Source: Tubiluchus corallicola (lineage: Eukaryota; Animalia; Priapulida). From it: DNA of 64,000 bases. This document shows, piece by piece, positions 13,085 through 26,214 of this stretch. The DNA lies in assembly GCA_030141605.1 (NCBI GenBank), contig JAQGDQ010000227.1, positions 248,001-312,000 on the forward strand. Reading direction: 5' to 3'. The notes beneath the pieces were generated by a model. It was not told where the DNA came from and ran no database searches. It saw only the letters and a list, made by a program, of their open reading frames with translations. The position numbers and the translations under genes are program-made. Within the stretch, counting starts at the first letter, position 1, and every line of letters starts with the position of its first letter.

Positions 13085-14270
13085 TTCTTTCTTGTTTAGC
13101 AAATTGTTTACTGGATCTTATAGGTGAGTTGAGCGGAAAACACCTTGCCTTGTTGTTTTGAGTTCTTGCTTGTTTTACAAATTGTTTACTGCATCTTATA
13201 GGTGAGTTGAGTGGAAAACACCTTGCCTTGTTGCTTTGAGTTCCCTTTTATGTTTTGCAAATTGTTTACTGCATCTTATAGGTGAGTTGAGTGGAAAACT
13301 CCTTGCCTTGTTGCTTTGAGTTCTCTTTTATGTTTTGCAAATTGTTTACTGCATCTGATAGGTGAGTTGAGTGGAAAACACCTTGCCTTGTTGTTTTGAG
13401 TTCTTGCTTGTTTTACAAATTGTTTACTGCATCTTATAGGTGAGTTGAGTGGAAAACACCTTGCCTTGTTGCTTTGAGTTCTCTTTTATGTTTTGCAAAT
13501 TGTTTACTGCATCTGATAGGTGAGTTGAGTGGAAAACACCTTGCCTTGTTGTTTTGAGTTCTCTTGTTTGTTTAGCAAATTGTTTACTGCATCTGATAGG
13601 TGAGTTGAGTGGAAAACACCTTGCCTTGTTGTTTTGAGTTCTCTTGTTTGTTTAGCAAATTGTTTACTGCATCTTATAGGTGAGTTGAGTGGAAAACACC
13701 TTGCCTTGTTGTTTTGAGTTCTCTTGTTTGTTTTGCAAATTGTTTACTGCATCTTATAGGTGAGTTGAGTGGAAGACACCTTGCCTTGTTGTTTTGAGTT
13801 CTCTTGCTTGTTTTACAAATTGTTTACTGCATCTTATAGGTGAGTTGAGTGGAAAACACCTTGCCTTGTTGTTTTGAGTTCTCTTGTTTGTTTTGCAAAT
13901 TGTTTACTGCATCTTATAGGTGAGTTGAGTGGAAAACACCTTGCCTTGTTGTTTTGAGTTCTCTTGCTTGTTTTGCAAATTGTTTACTGCATCTTATAGG
14001 TGAGTTGAGTGGAAAACACCTTGCCTTGTTGCTTTGAGTTCTTATTTGTTTTGCAAATTGTTTACTGCATCTTATAGGTGAGTTGAGCGAAACACCTTGC
14101 CTTGTTGTTTTGAGTTCTCTTGTTTGTTTAGCAAATTGTTTACTGCATCTTATAGGTGAGTTGAGTGGAAGACACCTTGCCTTGTTGTTTTGAGTTCTTG
14201 TTTGTTTTGCAAATTGTTTACTGCATCTTATAGGTGAGTTGAGTGGAAAACACCTTGCCTTGTTGTTTTG
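13085..14270 (+). repeat. 80-bp minisatellite (15 copies), each with ATAG|GTGAGT
   Basis: tgagttgagt recurs every 80 bp (13441, 13521 ... 14001). A diverged orphan copy lies at about 15105-15135. Confidence 0.97.
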
Positions 14271-14369
14271 GTGGCTCTGTCAGCTAAATGGTGTAATCAC
14301 CTTGTCGCTCACTCACGTTGTCATCTGGGCCAGTGTTGTTTAACTTTTAAAACTGTGAACTTTTAATGC

Positions 14370-14955
14370 TACTCAAGACAAACGTGCGACGTCAATTTCA
14401 AGACTGATTCTGGTACTAGTATCTTTTTCAGTGTTTTCGCATCATTTCAAAGCGTTTTGAGCAAAATGTTTTTGCCAGACTGCTTTTGAAACGGTTTGAA
14501 GTGTTCACACTGTCATTGGACAAACTGAAGTGTTCACACTGTCATTGGACAAACTGAAGTGTTCACAGTGTCATTGGAGAAACTGAAGTGTTCACACTGT
14601 CATTGGACAAACTGTTTTGAAACAAACAACAAACGTTGTTGACATCATTGAGGGTCCTGGACGTTTTCACCAAACCGTTTTGAAACCTGTCTAGGAGGTA
14701 GTTTGAACCGTTTTGCACTGGTTTGAGTGTTGTGACGTCCGTCAAAACATTTTGTCCAGCGATCGTGTGACCACTCAAAGCGTTTTGAAAATGGTTTTAC
14801 GAAAAAATTTGCAAAAGTTTTCAACCGTTTTGCCGTGTGAAAAAGAGTGTTGGTGCAAAACGGTTTGTAAACGTTTTAGGCTGACATGTGAACACTCAAA
14901 CTATCCTGAAAACGCTTCTAAGACGGTTTACGTTTGCCGTGTGAAAAGGGTATTA
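14370..14955. mobile_element. Harbinger/PIF-like MITE remnant with an internal 29-bp repeat
   Basis: Right end ccgtgtgaaaagggtatta and many aaacg/cgttt motifs. Left end not resolved. Confidence 0.4.
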
Positions 14956-17257
14956 GGTCATCTGTTACTGTTCTAAAAGTGCTCAAATTTTGTGATGAAG
15001 ATTTAGAATTATATACCACCTGCATCTCTAATTAGACGCAGAATTCAACCTGCCTTTCATATGGTTTAGTTTATGTAGTATGTTTGGTCAATTAGTGTAG
15101 GATGTTTACTGCACCTGATAGGCGAGTTGAGCGGTTGAGTTGAGTTGAGTTGAGCTAAACGTCATGTAACACAGATCCGGTGGAGTGCTTAGCAAAAATC
15201 AAAAGTGGTGATTTTACCTACGTTTTTTAAACTTTAATTTTAAATTTTAATACATTATATAAAAGCTATTTGCGTTTATTTAGTGAAAGACAAGATGATT
15301 TTTCACATACTACCCCATTTTTAAGTCCGATAAAAAGTAATCATTTTAACACAATTAATACTGCAAAAGTGTTTCTGATAATTAACTAATAGATTAAAAT
15401 CTTATTTAATGGCAGGCAAGCCCAACTATTGATAACATCACAAACTAACATAATTTTCAACATCAAAAATATTCCACGAACGTGTTGAGTGTGTTTGTGA
15501 AAGCGAAAATTGAAGTACAGTGCAACTGTAAGATATTCATGGTGTTCTACTAAAACTAGGCAAGTTTTAAGATAAAAATTCAAATTTCAAATTTACTGCT
15601 GTGCTCATGCATGAGCTGTCGAACGTGTGTTGTTCCTCACAAACTAACACACCTGTACAGAGAGGTACAGCACCTGTTTTCTGTGCTATGCTTTTCCGAA
15701 ATTCAGGCGTCTAACCAGCGAATGGCAAAATGCATCTAACAACGAAAAACTAGTATCGCGAACGTGAAATTGTGTTTGTGTGGTAATAATACTTTCACGT
15801 AAGTCATTTTTTTGATCAAATATTATGTTTCCTTTCAATATTTAAAAAAAAATGGATTGTTTTGACCTACAGTTTAAGATTAGGTATGTTTTTGCTTTAG
15901 TTTTGAAAGAGATCGCCAGGAGTCGTCAGTATTTCAGTCTCTTTAGTTTGACTCTTTTATTTGCCCACACAAGTAAATAAACCAAGGCAGTGTAAATACG
16001 ATGAAGGCTGAAGTATGTATAAATAATGACTGGCAGTTGACTGAGGTAATAATTGCCTCAATCCCTAATTAGTATGTTCGTATTGCCCTATTATCCACCT
16101 GTTCAGGTAGCTGATTACAGGTGAGAGGAGGAGGGCAGGTAAGGTAAAGGATTTCAAGTTTTGCTAGCTCAATGTCTGTGTAACAGCCAGAAATCGATAC
16201 ATAAACTGAAACTGCCTAGGGTAGGTCAAATTAGAGCTAATGTGGTATTTGAGTGGTCAGTCTAGACACCCCGTCAGTGCCACGGGAGTAGACGATCGAT
16301 TCAATTAAAGGGCAATGAAAGGGGAAGGTCTCGATCAATTGTCGCGGCTGCTGCGGCTGCCGTGAGAGGAGCAGTGTTGGTCAGTTTAATGTCCAGTAAT
16401 CTTGTTGGCTGGTTGCTAGTACGGTTGATATTCGAGTGGTGTATTCTGCTTGCTGGCTGCTTTCAAAACGATTTCTTTGTGGCTTGGTTGTGTTTTATTG
16501 ATAGCGATTTGCTGTAGTTTAGTCGTAGATCAATCATTATCAAGACGCAGTGCTGCCACATGCAGCAGAACAGGTTCGAGGCTGCTGCTGCTGATGCTGG
16601 AGAGCAAGACATGGTTACCCCCCCCCCCCCTCCTTCTCCTCCCGAGTGTGTTTATCCGAGGTAAAGTAGCTTTTGCGGGCGAGTGAGGAGACGTGTCTGA
16701 TCCGGTATCGGCTAATTAGAGTTTCTTTGCGAGTATTGAAACAGCCCCGTATTTAATTGGGTGGCAGTTATATGTACTAGTGTGGGGGAGTCGCGGCTAC
16801 TTTAACTGTACATACGCCACATGGCGGCTATAACTGTCTGTACACTTGCTCACGGTCGGCGAGTGAATTTATAAGCATTTCTTGGTTTTGCCTGTAATTT
16901 TTCATCTTTATTTCAACCCATGATTCTGCCGTTTAATGTTAACTTTTACTCATTTCTCATATTAATAAATTAATTATTTTTATATATATTTACATATTTA
17001 TATTATATCATTGTTATCATATATTTATTTATTAACATATCAATTAATAAATAGTTATTTAATAAATAAATACTGTATTCAGAGATTAATTAATTTTAGA
17101 AAATTGTTATCAGTTAGGAAGGTAATAATAATAATACAATGCTAGCATAGCTATTGTAAGTTGTTAAATATGAAATGTAAATACTGTTAACTGTTATAGC
17201 CTTGCAAATAGAGGGCATGTATATATGTATGTGTTTATATGCTCAAAATAAAAAGTT

Positions 17258-17258
<1 letters not shown>

Positions 17259-17311
<53 letters not shown>

Positions 17312-17350
17312 GTAATAATAATAATAATAATAGTAATAATAATAATAATA
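17259..17350. repeat. (AAT)n microsatellite
   Basis: Direct reading of the sequence. Confidence 0.99.
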
Positions 17351-17479
17351 TAAATAAAACCATTTTTTTCTCCGTCGTCCAGCGTTTGACTTGAAAAAAT
17401 GCTTACGTAGACACCGAGAATGAAGAATAAGAAGTATACATGTTCATATAAAATTAGCTGTTTGTATATAGCCTACGTG

Positions 17480-17900
17480 TAAGCATATAAAAGGCCATTG
17501 CTGCCTAAGAAATTCTATATTTACTGACTCGTGCGTCTCTATCGTACACAGGCGATTAAATTAGATCTATGTAAGTTTAACATGTAACAGTCATACAGGC
17601 AGGCAGTAGTCTGCAAGCACATGTGTTTGAGCTTTAGCATGGTCAACTAACGTCTAGACAGTCGACACTATAAATAGGACCGGCTTAGCGAAACCGACGT
17701 CTGAACTCGAGGCACTCGCGAGGCGCTAATGGCTTTCTCCGCTTGGGGCATTGGCTGCAGTGGTCAGCAGGAATGGCCCATCGAGCGGCAGCGGTGCAGA
17801 GGTGGCGTACAGTGTGCTGTGCTGTAGTTATTAAGGCAAGAAGAATAAGTCCTGCGTTGCATGCGCGTAACATGGGCTGCTTAACAATGCTTTACGATAG
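17480..17900 (+). promoter_or_regulatory. Candidate promoter: TATA/MEF2-like motifs in a CpG-rich patch
   Basis: TATAAAAG at 17486 and CTATAAATAG at 17668 (both a TATA box and the MEF2 CTA(W)4TAG consensus), followed by a GC/CpG-rich unique segment. Confidence 0.35.
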
Positions 17901-18092
17901 CTATTATCATAGCAGTTGAACCTGGTGTGAACGTACGCGAGTGATCTACGTGAAACCGCGTGATTAATTCAATTCGAAGAGATTTTAATGCTCGGTTTAT
18001 GGTATGGCCATTTTGAAAACGCTGTGATGTTCATTAATTCTAATGCCATCGCGTGATTTTGTTGTTGGCTTCAAGGTGTTTTGACGTACGAC

Positions 18093-18895
18093 TTTTGCAG
18101 GAGTTGTGGTTTATACGTATTTGCTAGCAGTTTTCCAGGAGTTGTGGTTTATACGTGTTTGCTAGCAGTTTTGCAGGAGTTGTGGTTTATACGTATTTGC
18201 TAGCAGTTTTGCAGGAGTTGTGGTTTATACGTATTTGCTAGCAGTTTTGCAGGAGTTGTGGTTTATACGTATTTGCTAGCAGTTTTGCAGGAGTTGTGGT
18301 TTATACGTATTTGCTAGCAGTTTTGCAGGAGTTGTGGTTTATACGTATTTGCTAGCAGTTTTGCAGGAGTTGTGGTTTATACGTATTTGCTAGCAGTTTT
18401 GCAGGAGTTGTGGTTTATACGTATTTGCTAGCAGTTTTGCATGAGTTGTGGTTTATACGTGTTTGCTAGCAGTTATGCAGGAGTTGTGGTTTATACGTTT
18501 TTGCTAGCAGTTTTGCCGGAGTTGTTTATACGTGTTTGCTAGCAGTTTTGCAGGAGTTGTGGTTTATACGTATTTGCTAACAGTTTTGCAGGAGTTGTGG
18601 TTTATACGTATTTGCTAGCAGTTTTGCAGGAGTTGTGGTTTATACGTATTTGCTAGCAGTTTTGCAGGAGTTGTGGTTTATACGTATTTGTTAGCAGTTT
18701 TGCAGGAGTTGTGGTTTATACGTATTTGCTAGCAGTTTTGCAGGAGTTGTGGTTTATACGTATTTGCTAGCAGTTTTGCAGGAGTTGTGGTTTATACGTA
18801 TTTGCTAGCAGTTTTGCATGAGTTGTGGTTTATACGTATTTGCTAGCAGTTTTGCAGGAGTTGTGGTTTATACGTATTTGCTAGCAGTTTTGCAG
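18093..18895. repeat. 38-bp minisatellite (~21 copies)
   Basis: Unit gcaggagttgtggtttatacgtatttgctagcagtttt. Confidence 0.98.
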
Positions 18896-19621
18896 TTTTA
18901 TTCCAAACTTGCCTAGTGATTTGTGGTTTGTGTGTGCATGTAGGTATGGTAATGGCTTTATAATGTGGCTGTCTACAGGTAGTGACTGTGTACCGGCTGT
19001 TACAGGCAGTATTTCACACACTAAAGTGGTCTAAGCGTCGTCTGAACAACAAGTGTACAATTCTATACACGGCGTAACTATCTCACCGTTTGATCAGTAT
19101 AGATGCCTGTATAATACGTCCAGCTGTTAGCGTGTTACGCTCGACTATACACCACCGTGTTTTGACTATGCGGGCTATCCAGCCAAAACAGCGTTCACTG
19201 TTAAACAAGGCGATTCAACTTTGGCAGCCTTCCGAGGAAGAGTTGTCAACGTTTTACCATCGCTGCTGTCACGGGCGTGGATCGTCCACAAATCATGTGG
19301 ATTTACTACACGTCCGGTTGGTCATTGGGTCTGTGTAGAAGTCTCATCTACGGAGTTGTAAATTTCCGAGATGCGTGTCCGCCTTGCTAATGATTAGTTC
19401 TTACAATGGATTCAGCATGGAAACAACAAGTGCTTTATAGTTTGTAACGATGTACGAGTGAAGTGGTCGCAAATCTTTACTTGATCAGCTTCCCATCGGC
19501 TTGTGTTCAGCTATGCGTTTAAATCTGCTTCACTGCAGCGGGTGCTATACACTCTGGCTTCATATATTTGGTGAAAAACAGATTAGTGTTTAGTATTCAT
19601 GAATACGTTTTTTCTTTAACC

Positions 19622-19878
19622 TGACCACTGTTGCATTTGAGGTAGGAGTGTTGTGATGTGAGTTTTAGATCATTGTTTTATGCTTAAAGTTGTAAAGTTA
19701 TTCCAGGTGTTCTTGTGATTGTTGCATAGTGCTACCAGTTACTGTCATTCTGGCCACTGTTGCATTAGAGATAGGAGTGTTGTGATGTGAATTTTAGATC
19801 ATTGTTTTATGCCTAAAGTTGTAAAGTTGTTCCAGTTGTTCTTGTGATTGCTGCACAGTGCTACCAGTTACTGTCATT
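19622..19878. repeat. ~130-bp tandem duplication
   Basis: ccactgttgcatt...gtgctaccagttactgtcatt occurs twice. Confidence 0.9.
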
Positions 19879-20569
19879 ACTCTATGAAATGGATAGAAAA
19901 CACCAGTTTAACGTGTTGAGCAAAAGTTTCTTTATTCTGAAATACAATTATTAACATTTAGTTTAATTTGCATTGAGTAGAAGAAAATTAGTTGCATGAT
20001 TAAATGTATTGCTATAACTATTCTTAGTGATATAAAAATTATGTAGACTATATTGAAATCAATTAATAATAACTCACGTTGTTAGAGCCTTTAACAGTTA
20101 GAAAGACAGGAATGAGAACTCCAAGTAGCCTTAAGAACAACAATGTCATAACAATAAATTCGTAATAAATTCACAGTCAGAAAAATAGAGCAATGGCGGA
20201 GAGAACCAAAAAACGGGTAAAATGTCACACAACTACTATAGCTATATCTCACGAAAGGCCAAAATGCTAATGTATTGAAGAATATTAGGTGCTTCAATTT
20301 TAAAAAGTGACTACTGTAAAAAGCTAAATGCCTACTAAATAAACAAACAGGTGGCAGCACCGTGGCAGTAATTGAAAACTAAATTAAAACCAAAAAAGGG
20401 CCTATGCACCCACCACACTCTAGGCCAGGCCACTTGGACGAGATTGCAGGAAAATACCAAAACTTTGTAACTGCCCTGTATTTTCTACAAAGAGACGTGT
20501 TTTTGAGTTTAATTATTCTCATGATTTTCAGAAATACAAGTGTCTGATGTTGGCTGATATCTACTTGAC

Positions 20570-21580
20570 GTTGTTATTTTATGTTGTGTTACGTTATGTT
20601 ACGAGTTGCATCACTATGCCTCGCGTTACATTGTTGTGTTACATTATGTTACAAGTTGTGTTGTTATATCACAAGTAACATCACTATGCCACACATTACG
20701 TTACTATGCCTCGCGTTACATTGTTGTGTTACATTATGTTACAAGTTACATCACTATTTCTCACATTACATTATGTTGTGTTGTTATGTCACAAGTAACA
20801 TCACTATGTCGCATGTTACATTGTTGTGTTACATTATGTTACAAGTTGCATCACTATTCCTCACATTACATTATGTTGTGTTGTTATGTTACAAGTAACA
20901 TCACTATGCCACACGTTACATTATGTTACAAGTTACATCACTATTTCTCACATTACATTATGTTGTGTTGCTGTATCACAAGTAACATCACTATGCCACA
21001 CGTTACGTTATGTTAAAAATTACATTACTGTGCCCCAAGTTACATTGTTGTGTTACGGTATGTTAAAAATTACATTACTATGCCCCATGTTATGTTATGT
21101 TAAAAATTACATTACTGTGCCCCAAATTACATTATGTTGTGTTACGTTATATTAAAAATTACATTACTGTGTTTCCACGTTACGTTATGTTAAAAGTTAC
21201 ATTGATGTGCCCCACGTTACATTATGTTGTGTTATGTTATGTTATGTTATGTTGAAAATTAGATTGATGTTCCTCGTGTTACGTTATGTTAGAAAGTATA
21301 TTACTGTGCTCCACGGTACGTTATGTTCTGTTATGTTAAAAATTACGTTACTGTGTCCCCATGTTATGTTATGTTAAAAATCGCATTACTGTGCCCCATG
21401 TTACGTTATGTTCTGTTGCGTTATGTTAAAAATTACATTACTGTGCCCACACATTACGTTATGTTGTATTCCGTTATGGTAAAAATTATGTTACTGTGTC
21501 CCAAGTTATGTTATGTTAAAAATTGCCTTACTGTGCCCCACGTTACACTATGTTATGTTACGTTATGCTAAAAATTGCAT
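20570..21580. repeat. Degenerate TGTTA/CATTA/CGTTA-derived satellite
   Basis: Pentamer-based units. Source of the Cys/Tyr-rich spurious ORFs. Confidence 0.93.
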
Positions 21581-22659
21581 TTATTACTATGGGATATTTA
21601 TTTTCATTTTTTCTACGTTGCTTATGCCTATGCCTATGCCTATAGTATAGTCCTGAGTTTTTTTACCTGTTTGCTCAGAAAATAGCTACTGTCTCAGCAT
21701 ATCTGGAATATTCAACATCTTTATTTTTTATTTTACTATTAATTTTGTCAATTTTTTTAATTAGTTCAGTCCCTTCATTATTACTTTTATTCTTAGCTAA
21801 AGCTGTAACCATCTGGTTAACTTTTTGAACGAATAAAGATGTTCAAACTTCCCCCACTAAAGACCCTACTCCACAGACAATAAAACGCAAGCATTCACCA
21901 CTTGGCACACTAAGGCCAGGTCAACATTGACCACACAAGCAGATCCTGTTTCTTCAATTTACAAATTGTCCTTTTAAAGTATCAGAACCTGATTATTTGA
22001 CCTTTGGTCATTCATCACCCCATTTGTATCCTGCTGAGCACCAAATGCTTGGTCTGGAGAGTTAGCCCCAGGCCACAAAAGTGTGCCTTCATCCAAGCTT
22101 GCAAGTACCTTTTGCTGCTATGACACTTGAAGGGTGTAGTAATTGCTGGTCACTTAACACCACTTTGTACTCATGATTGCCTATCAAAATAAGCTTATTT
22201 ACACAGGCAGTGAAAATGTCTCTGGACTCAGTTGTGGAAATTTGCTGCCTTGGCACTCTAAAGGGCTAATCCCCTGGCTGACCAGTGGTCATCTCTGAAC
22301 ACTTGATTGGCTGTATGTAAACAGTTTTCTTGTCAAACAAGATTTAGTTGTGTGCTTTAGCTGATGAGTTAATAGAAGGGAATTAGTCTTGTGCAATAAC
22401 TGCTTATCTGTAAGTCAATTGCTTCAATTAGCTATGTACAGTAGGTGTTGAGCTGCTGCACAATAATTAGTTGCAATTATTACCTATCATCAAATGCTTT
22501 AACTTGGTAATAGTGTCTTGCACAGACATCTGACCATGAATTATTTAGACCAGGCTTTTGATCAGAGGCTAGAATTGTTATTAATAATAGATTAACTAAC
22601 TGTGTAGGCTGTAAGAGCTGTATTGAATATCCCATGCAAAGAAACAATGTGTTTAGCTC

Positions 22660-23050
22660 TCCTCAGAATGGCATTTTTACTAAGATAACAGTTTTGTGAG
22701 TAGTGATTTAATGATTTTCCTCCGAATGGCGAATACTAAGACAATAGTTTGTTGAGTGGTGATGTAGTTTTTTTCTCAGAATGGTGAACACTAGGACAAC
22801 AGTTTTGTGAGTAGTGATGTAGTTTTTTTCTTCAGAATGGTGAACACTAAGACAACAGTTTTGTGAGTAGTGATGTAGTTTTTTCCTCAAAAATGGTGAA
22901 CACTAGGACAACAGTTTTGTGAGTAGTGATGTAGTTTTTTTCCTCAGAATGGTGAACAATAGAACAACAGTTTTGTGAGTAGTGATATAGTGATTTTCCT
23001 CAGAATGGTGAACACTAAGACAACAGTTTTGTGAGTAGTGATTTAGTGAA
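22660..23050. repeat. ~59-bp minisatellite (~6 copies)
   Basis: cagaatggtgaacactaagacaacagttttgtgagtagtgat repeated. Confidence 0.93.
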
Positions 23051-23528
23051 TTTCGATGGAATGGAAATTTTAATTACTGTGTATGTTATTATTAGGGATG
23101 AGCGTTTGAGTGCGATTCGACCGAGTTTTTTTAATTCGAATTCAACTCGTACTTAAAATTGTGGATTTGAATAATTGAGCACTTGAACTACATATTTGGT
23201 TTTGTCGTTAAAACGTTTGCAGCTTCATGCAAATAGCCCAATTCAGTTGTGATTTCTGTGCACAATTTTTAAACAAATATTAGTGTTTAACCGTAGAACA
23301 AAATCAACAATATCCCCAGAATGCCTTTTTTTAATGATTCGAAAATTTTTAAAACATATTTCGATTTGGATTCGAAATCTTGAAATTCAGTTTGATTTAT
23401 GTTGGAAAGTCAAAATTTGATTCAAATTCGCTTTGTGATAATGCCCACGCCAAGTGATCACTAACTTTTTATTTGTTCTCTATGCTAGTAACATACTTAA
23501 ACTCTTAAATTTTTGTTTTAAATTTCAG

Positions 23529-23663
23529 GAAATACCCGGATAAAATTTCCTTGACTTCACCTTGTAAAATGGGAAACAGGAAGTGAAAGTACTACAGGAA
23601 ATGTAGAAATAAATGAGATACATGAAGAATGTGGGTCGAAGGAAATAGACTGTGGGAAGTTCC
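23529..23663 (+). ncRNA. Candidate non-coding exon of the miRNA host transcript
   Basis: Strong tttttgttttaaatttcag| acceptor and cc|gtaagt donor. Purine-rich body with only tiny ORFs. Confidence 0.5.
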
Positions 23664-25384
23664 GTAAGTTCTTTATGTAAGATTTTAATTGAAAAGTTTG
23701 CCTGTACAGGTTAAGTTCTTGTTGTTTTATGTGACGTACCTGGATTTCTATCTAGTAGAAATAACGAAATACAGTACACCAATATGCGTGTTACCGAACT
23801 ACTTTATTTACAATGCGTTCTGACGCATTAATACATAACATCTCCTTTCTTTTGAACAAAAAACAAAATAAAAGTAAACAATAACATGTCATTGTTAACA
23901 ACAATAGTAAACAACCTTAAAGTTAACGAAACAGTAAAATTGACTTTGCCACTTTTCTTATCTATGTAGTTTCAGCACACAAATTTTAACTGTTTTTGAC
24001 TATTGGAACCTTTACAAAATTCAAATTGAACGTTGAACTTTAAATTACAAAATGACTTTCATTACAGTTAAAAATGAATTAAGTTCTACTTCTATCCTCT
24101 TTCTTTTGCAAAATATGTAGAGTAGGAATAGAATAGAATAGAATCACTTAGGAAAAACTAACAAAATTTTAATAAATGAGTCAGTAAACAAAGACATTAT
24201 AAATTCGACTAAAGCACATTTATTATACAAACACACAGCTGTTCTACATTTTTCAAATGATCTGTAACTTAACAACGGATTCTTGTTAGCATCAGATCTA
24301 ATCTTAAAATATTCCAAGTGACAAAATAGAATAGAATTGTATTTGTGATAATAGTTAATACAAGAAAATATCTTATTGTTGCATAATTGTTTATCCTAAA
24401 CCAAAAAAGAAACAAATAAAGAAATAATAAGAAACAAACTACACAGAAAATTTAAAGCAAATGTGCTATTGTCTGACATACTGAAACTTACATTATGAAA
24501 ATGAAGCTGTTGTAATGGAAAATACAATACTAAAAAGTACCGAAAGTAATACATACTACCAATATTCTGTAGCACTAAATAAACTGAAACCTTTACTAGT
24601 CTAGACTATTTAAATTTCCTACCACTTATTCTATTTACGCATCAAGTTACTAAACACAATTCAAGTTACTTGACTAAATATAATTGTTACTTACATCAAC
24701 GCCCCGGTCTTGAGACGAACAAGTTAAGGTTCAGGTACACTGACAGTAGAAAATGAAATAATTAGCAAAAAAAACCAATGTTATTGCATTGTCACACCTC
24801 GCTATAACGCCCCTTTCAGAATGCCAGACTTGCTATAATGCCAACTTTTTTGTAGTTCCAAAGTGTATATAGAGGCTGTATATAGAGGTGTAACTGCTTT
24901 CGCTTAATGGCCATTTAACAAAACAGTGCAGAGCACCCGAAACACTGCGAGTTTGTATAATAAATGAAATTTTATTTCGCCCACTAAATATCCTGTCTCA
25001 TCGTGAAAACTCACCTTTTGAAGTGCAAGTGTGTGTGAAGAAAATAAGTTGAAATAAGAGTTCGAAAGTTGTAATTCTCTTGGTAATCGGTGCACAAACG
25101 TTTCGAGATACGATGAAAAATGAATGGTGTCAAATTTTGAACATTTTGCAACATTTTTTATGCAAAACAAGAACAAAATTTGTCAGCAGTGACACCAAGG
25201 TATCAAATAATATTAAATCTTATATCGTCAGCATCTGATTGCTCTCAAGTAGTCTAATAAAGATTTTTATGTCTGCTCAAAATTTTATCCCAAACATGCA
25301 TTTTTTTGTTGTCAGCAATTTTATTTTATTTAATGTAATTCTTTTTATAACATTTTTTGTCTGATTTCAAAGTTTGCGAATTGG

Positions 25385-25645
25385 TGATGCTGAAAACGAC
25401 GATGACGATGACAGCATTAACAGCAACAACAACAGCAACAACAAAAACAACAACAGCAGCAACAAAAACAAAAACAATAAGAACAACGTGAACAATGATA
25501 ACAGCAACAAAAACGATGATAGTGATAACAATGATGTGATGATAATGGTGGCAATTTCATATCTCAACGACGATAACAAAGATGATAACGATAAGGACAG
25601 CAACTTTGAAAACTGTGGTGATGATGCTGATGATGATGACACCAT
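25385..25645. repeat. Degenerate AAC/GAT trinucleotide low-complexity tract
   Basis: Produces poly-N/D and poly-L pseudo-ORFs. Confidence 0.85.
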
Positions 25646-25875
25646 CACTTTTTAAAGAGGTCTCATTGGATTTTTACAGCAACGCACTAATCCCTCAAAC
25701 ATATAATTTATGTAAGAGAAATTCTCATCTGCTTTTCTGATCATTGTTTGAGTTAATTTTATGCCTTTTCAATATAATGGGTTTTATTTGTTTGTTTATC
25801 AACATAGTTGACCAGAACAAAATTAGAAATAAAAATTAAAAGACAGTTAACTGAAATAACAATAACAAATACACG

Positions 25876-26214
25876 CATATCTCGGTTTACCGGACCTTGC
25901 TTTTACGGATATCGGACAAAATCTGGACCGTTAAGAGCCCCGCGTACTACGGACACAGACTGTTGTTTCGCGAGCTGACCGCTAGATGACAGCTCGTCAT
26001 TTTGTTTCCATCATTACATCAGTGCAACCAAGCAGTGCGTAACAACTTGTATGTCAGGAGCACCCCGTACTAGACGTTTTTGAGACAATTAGGTGTTTAA
26101 TTCTACATGACTGTGAGGCTAATACACAGCACCTACTATATTGTATTGGTGAATGCGGACAATTGCAAATTCGGACCAACGTCTCCCTGCTTTTGTCCGG
26201 CAAACTGAGATATG
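25876..26214. mobile_element. MITE (pogo-like family)
   Basis: TIRs catatctcggtttaccggac / gtccggcaaactgagatatg. Relatives at 48241-48660, about 37953-38060 and about 44872-44945. Confidence 0.7.

Noticed and set aside
13085-14270. CRISPR-like regular repeats (also 18093, 28252, 32158)
   Set aside because: The units are head-to-tail with no unique spacers, there are no cas genes, and the context is eukaryotic.
19638-19660. let-7e-like sequence TGAGGTAGGAGTGTTGTGATGT
   Set aside because: No convincing star arm (mostly G-U pairs), and the tandem duplicate copy lacks the seed. Probably chance; small-RNA reads would settle it.
25367-25655. Poly-Asn/Asp and poly-Leu ORFs
   Set aside because: Degenerate trinucleotide microsatellite.
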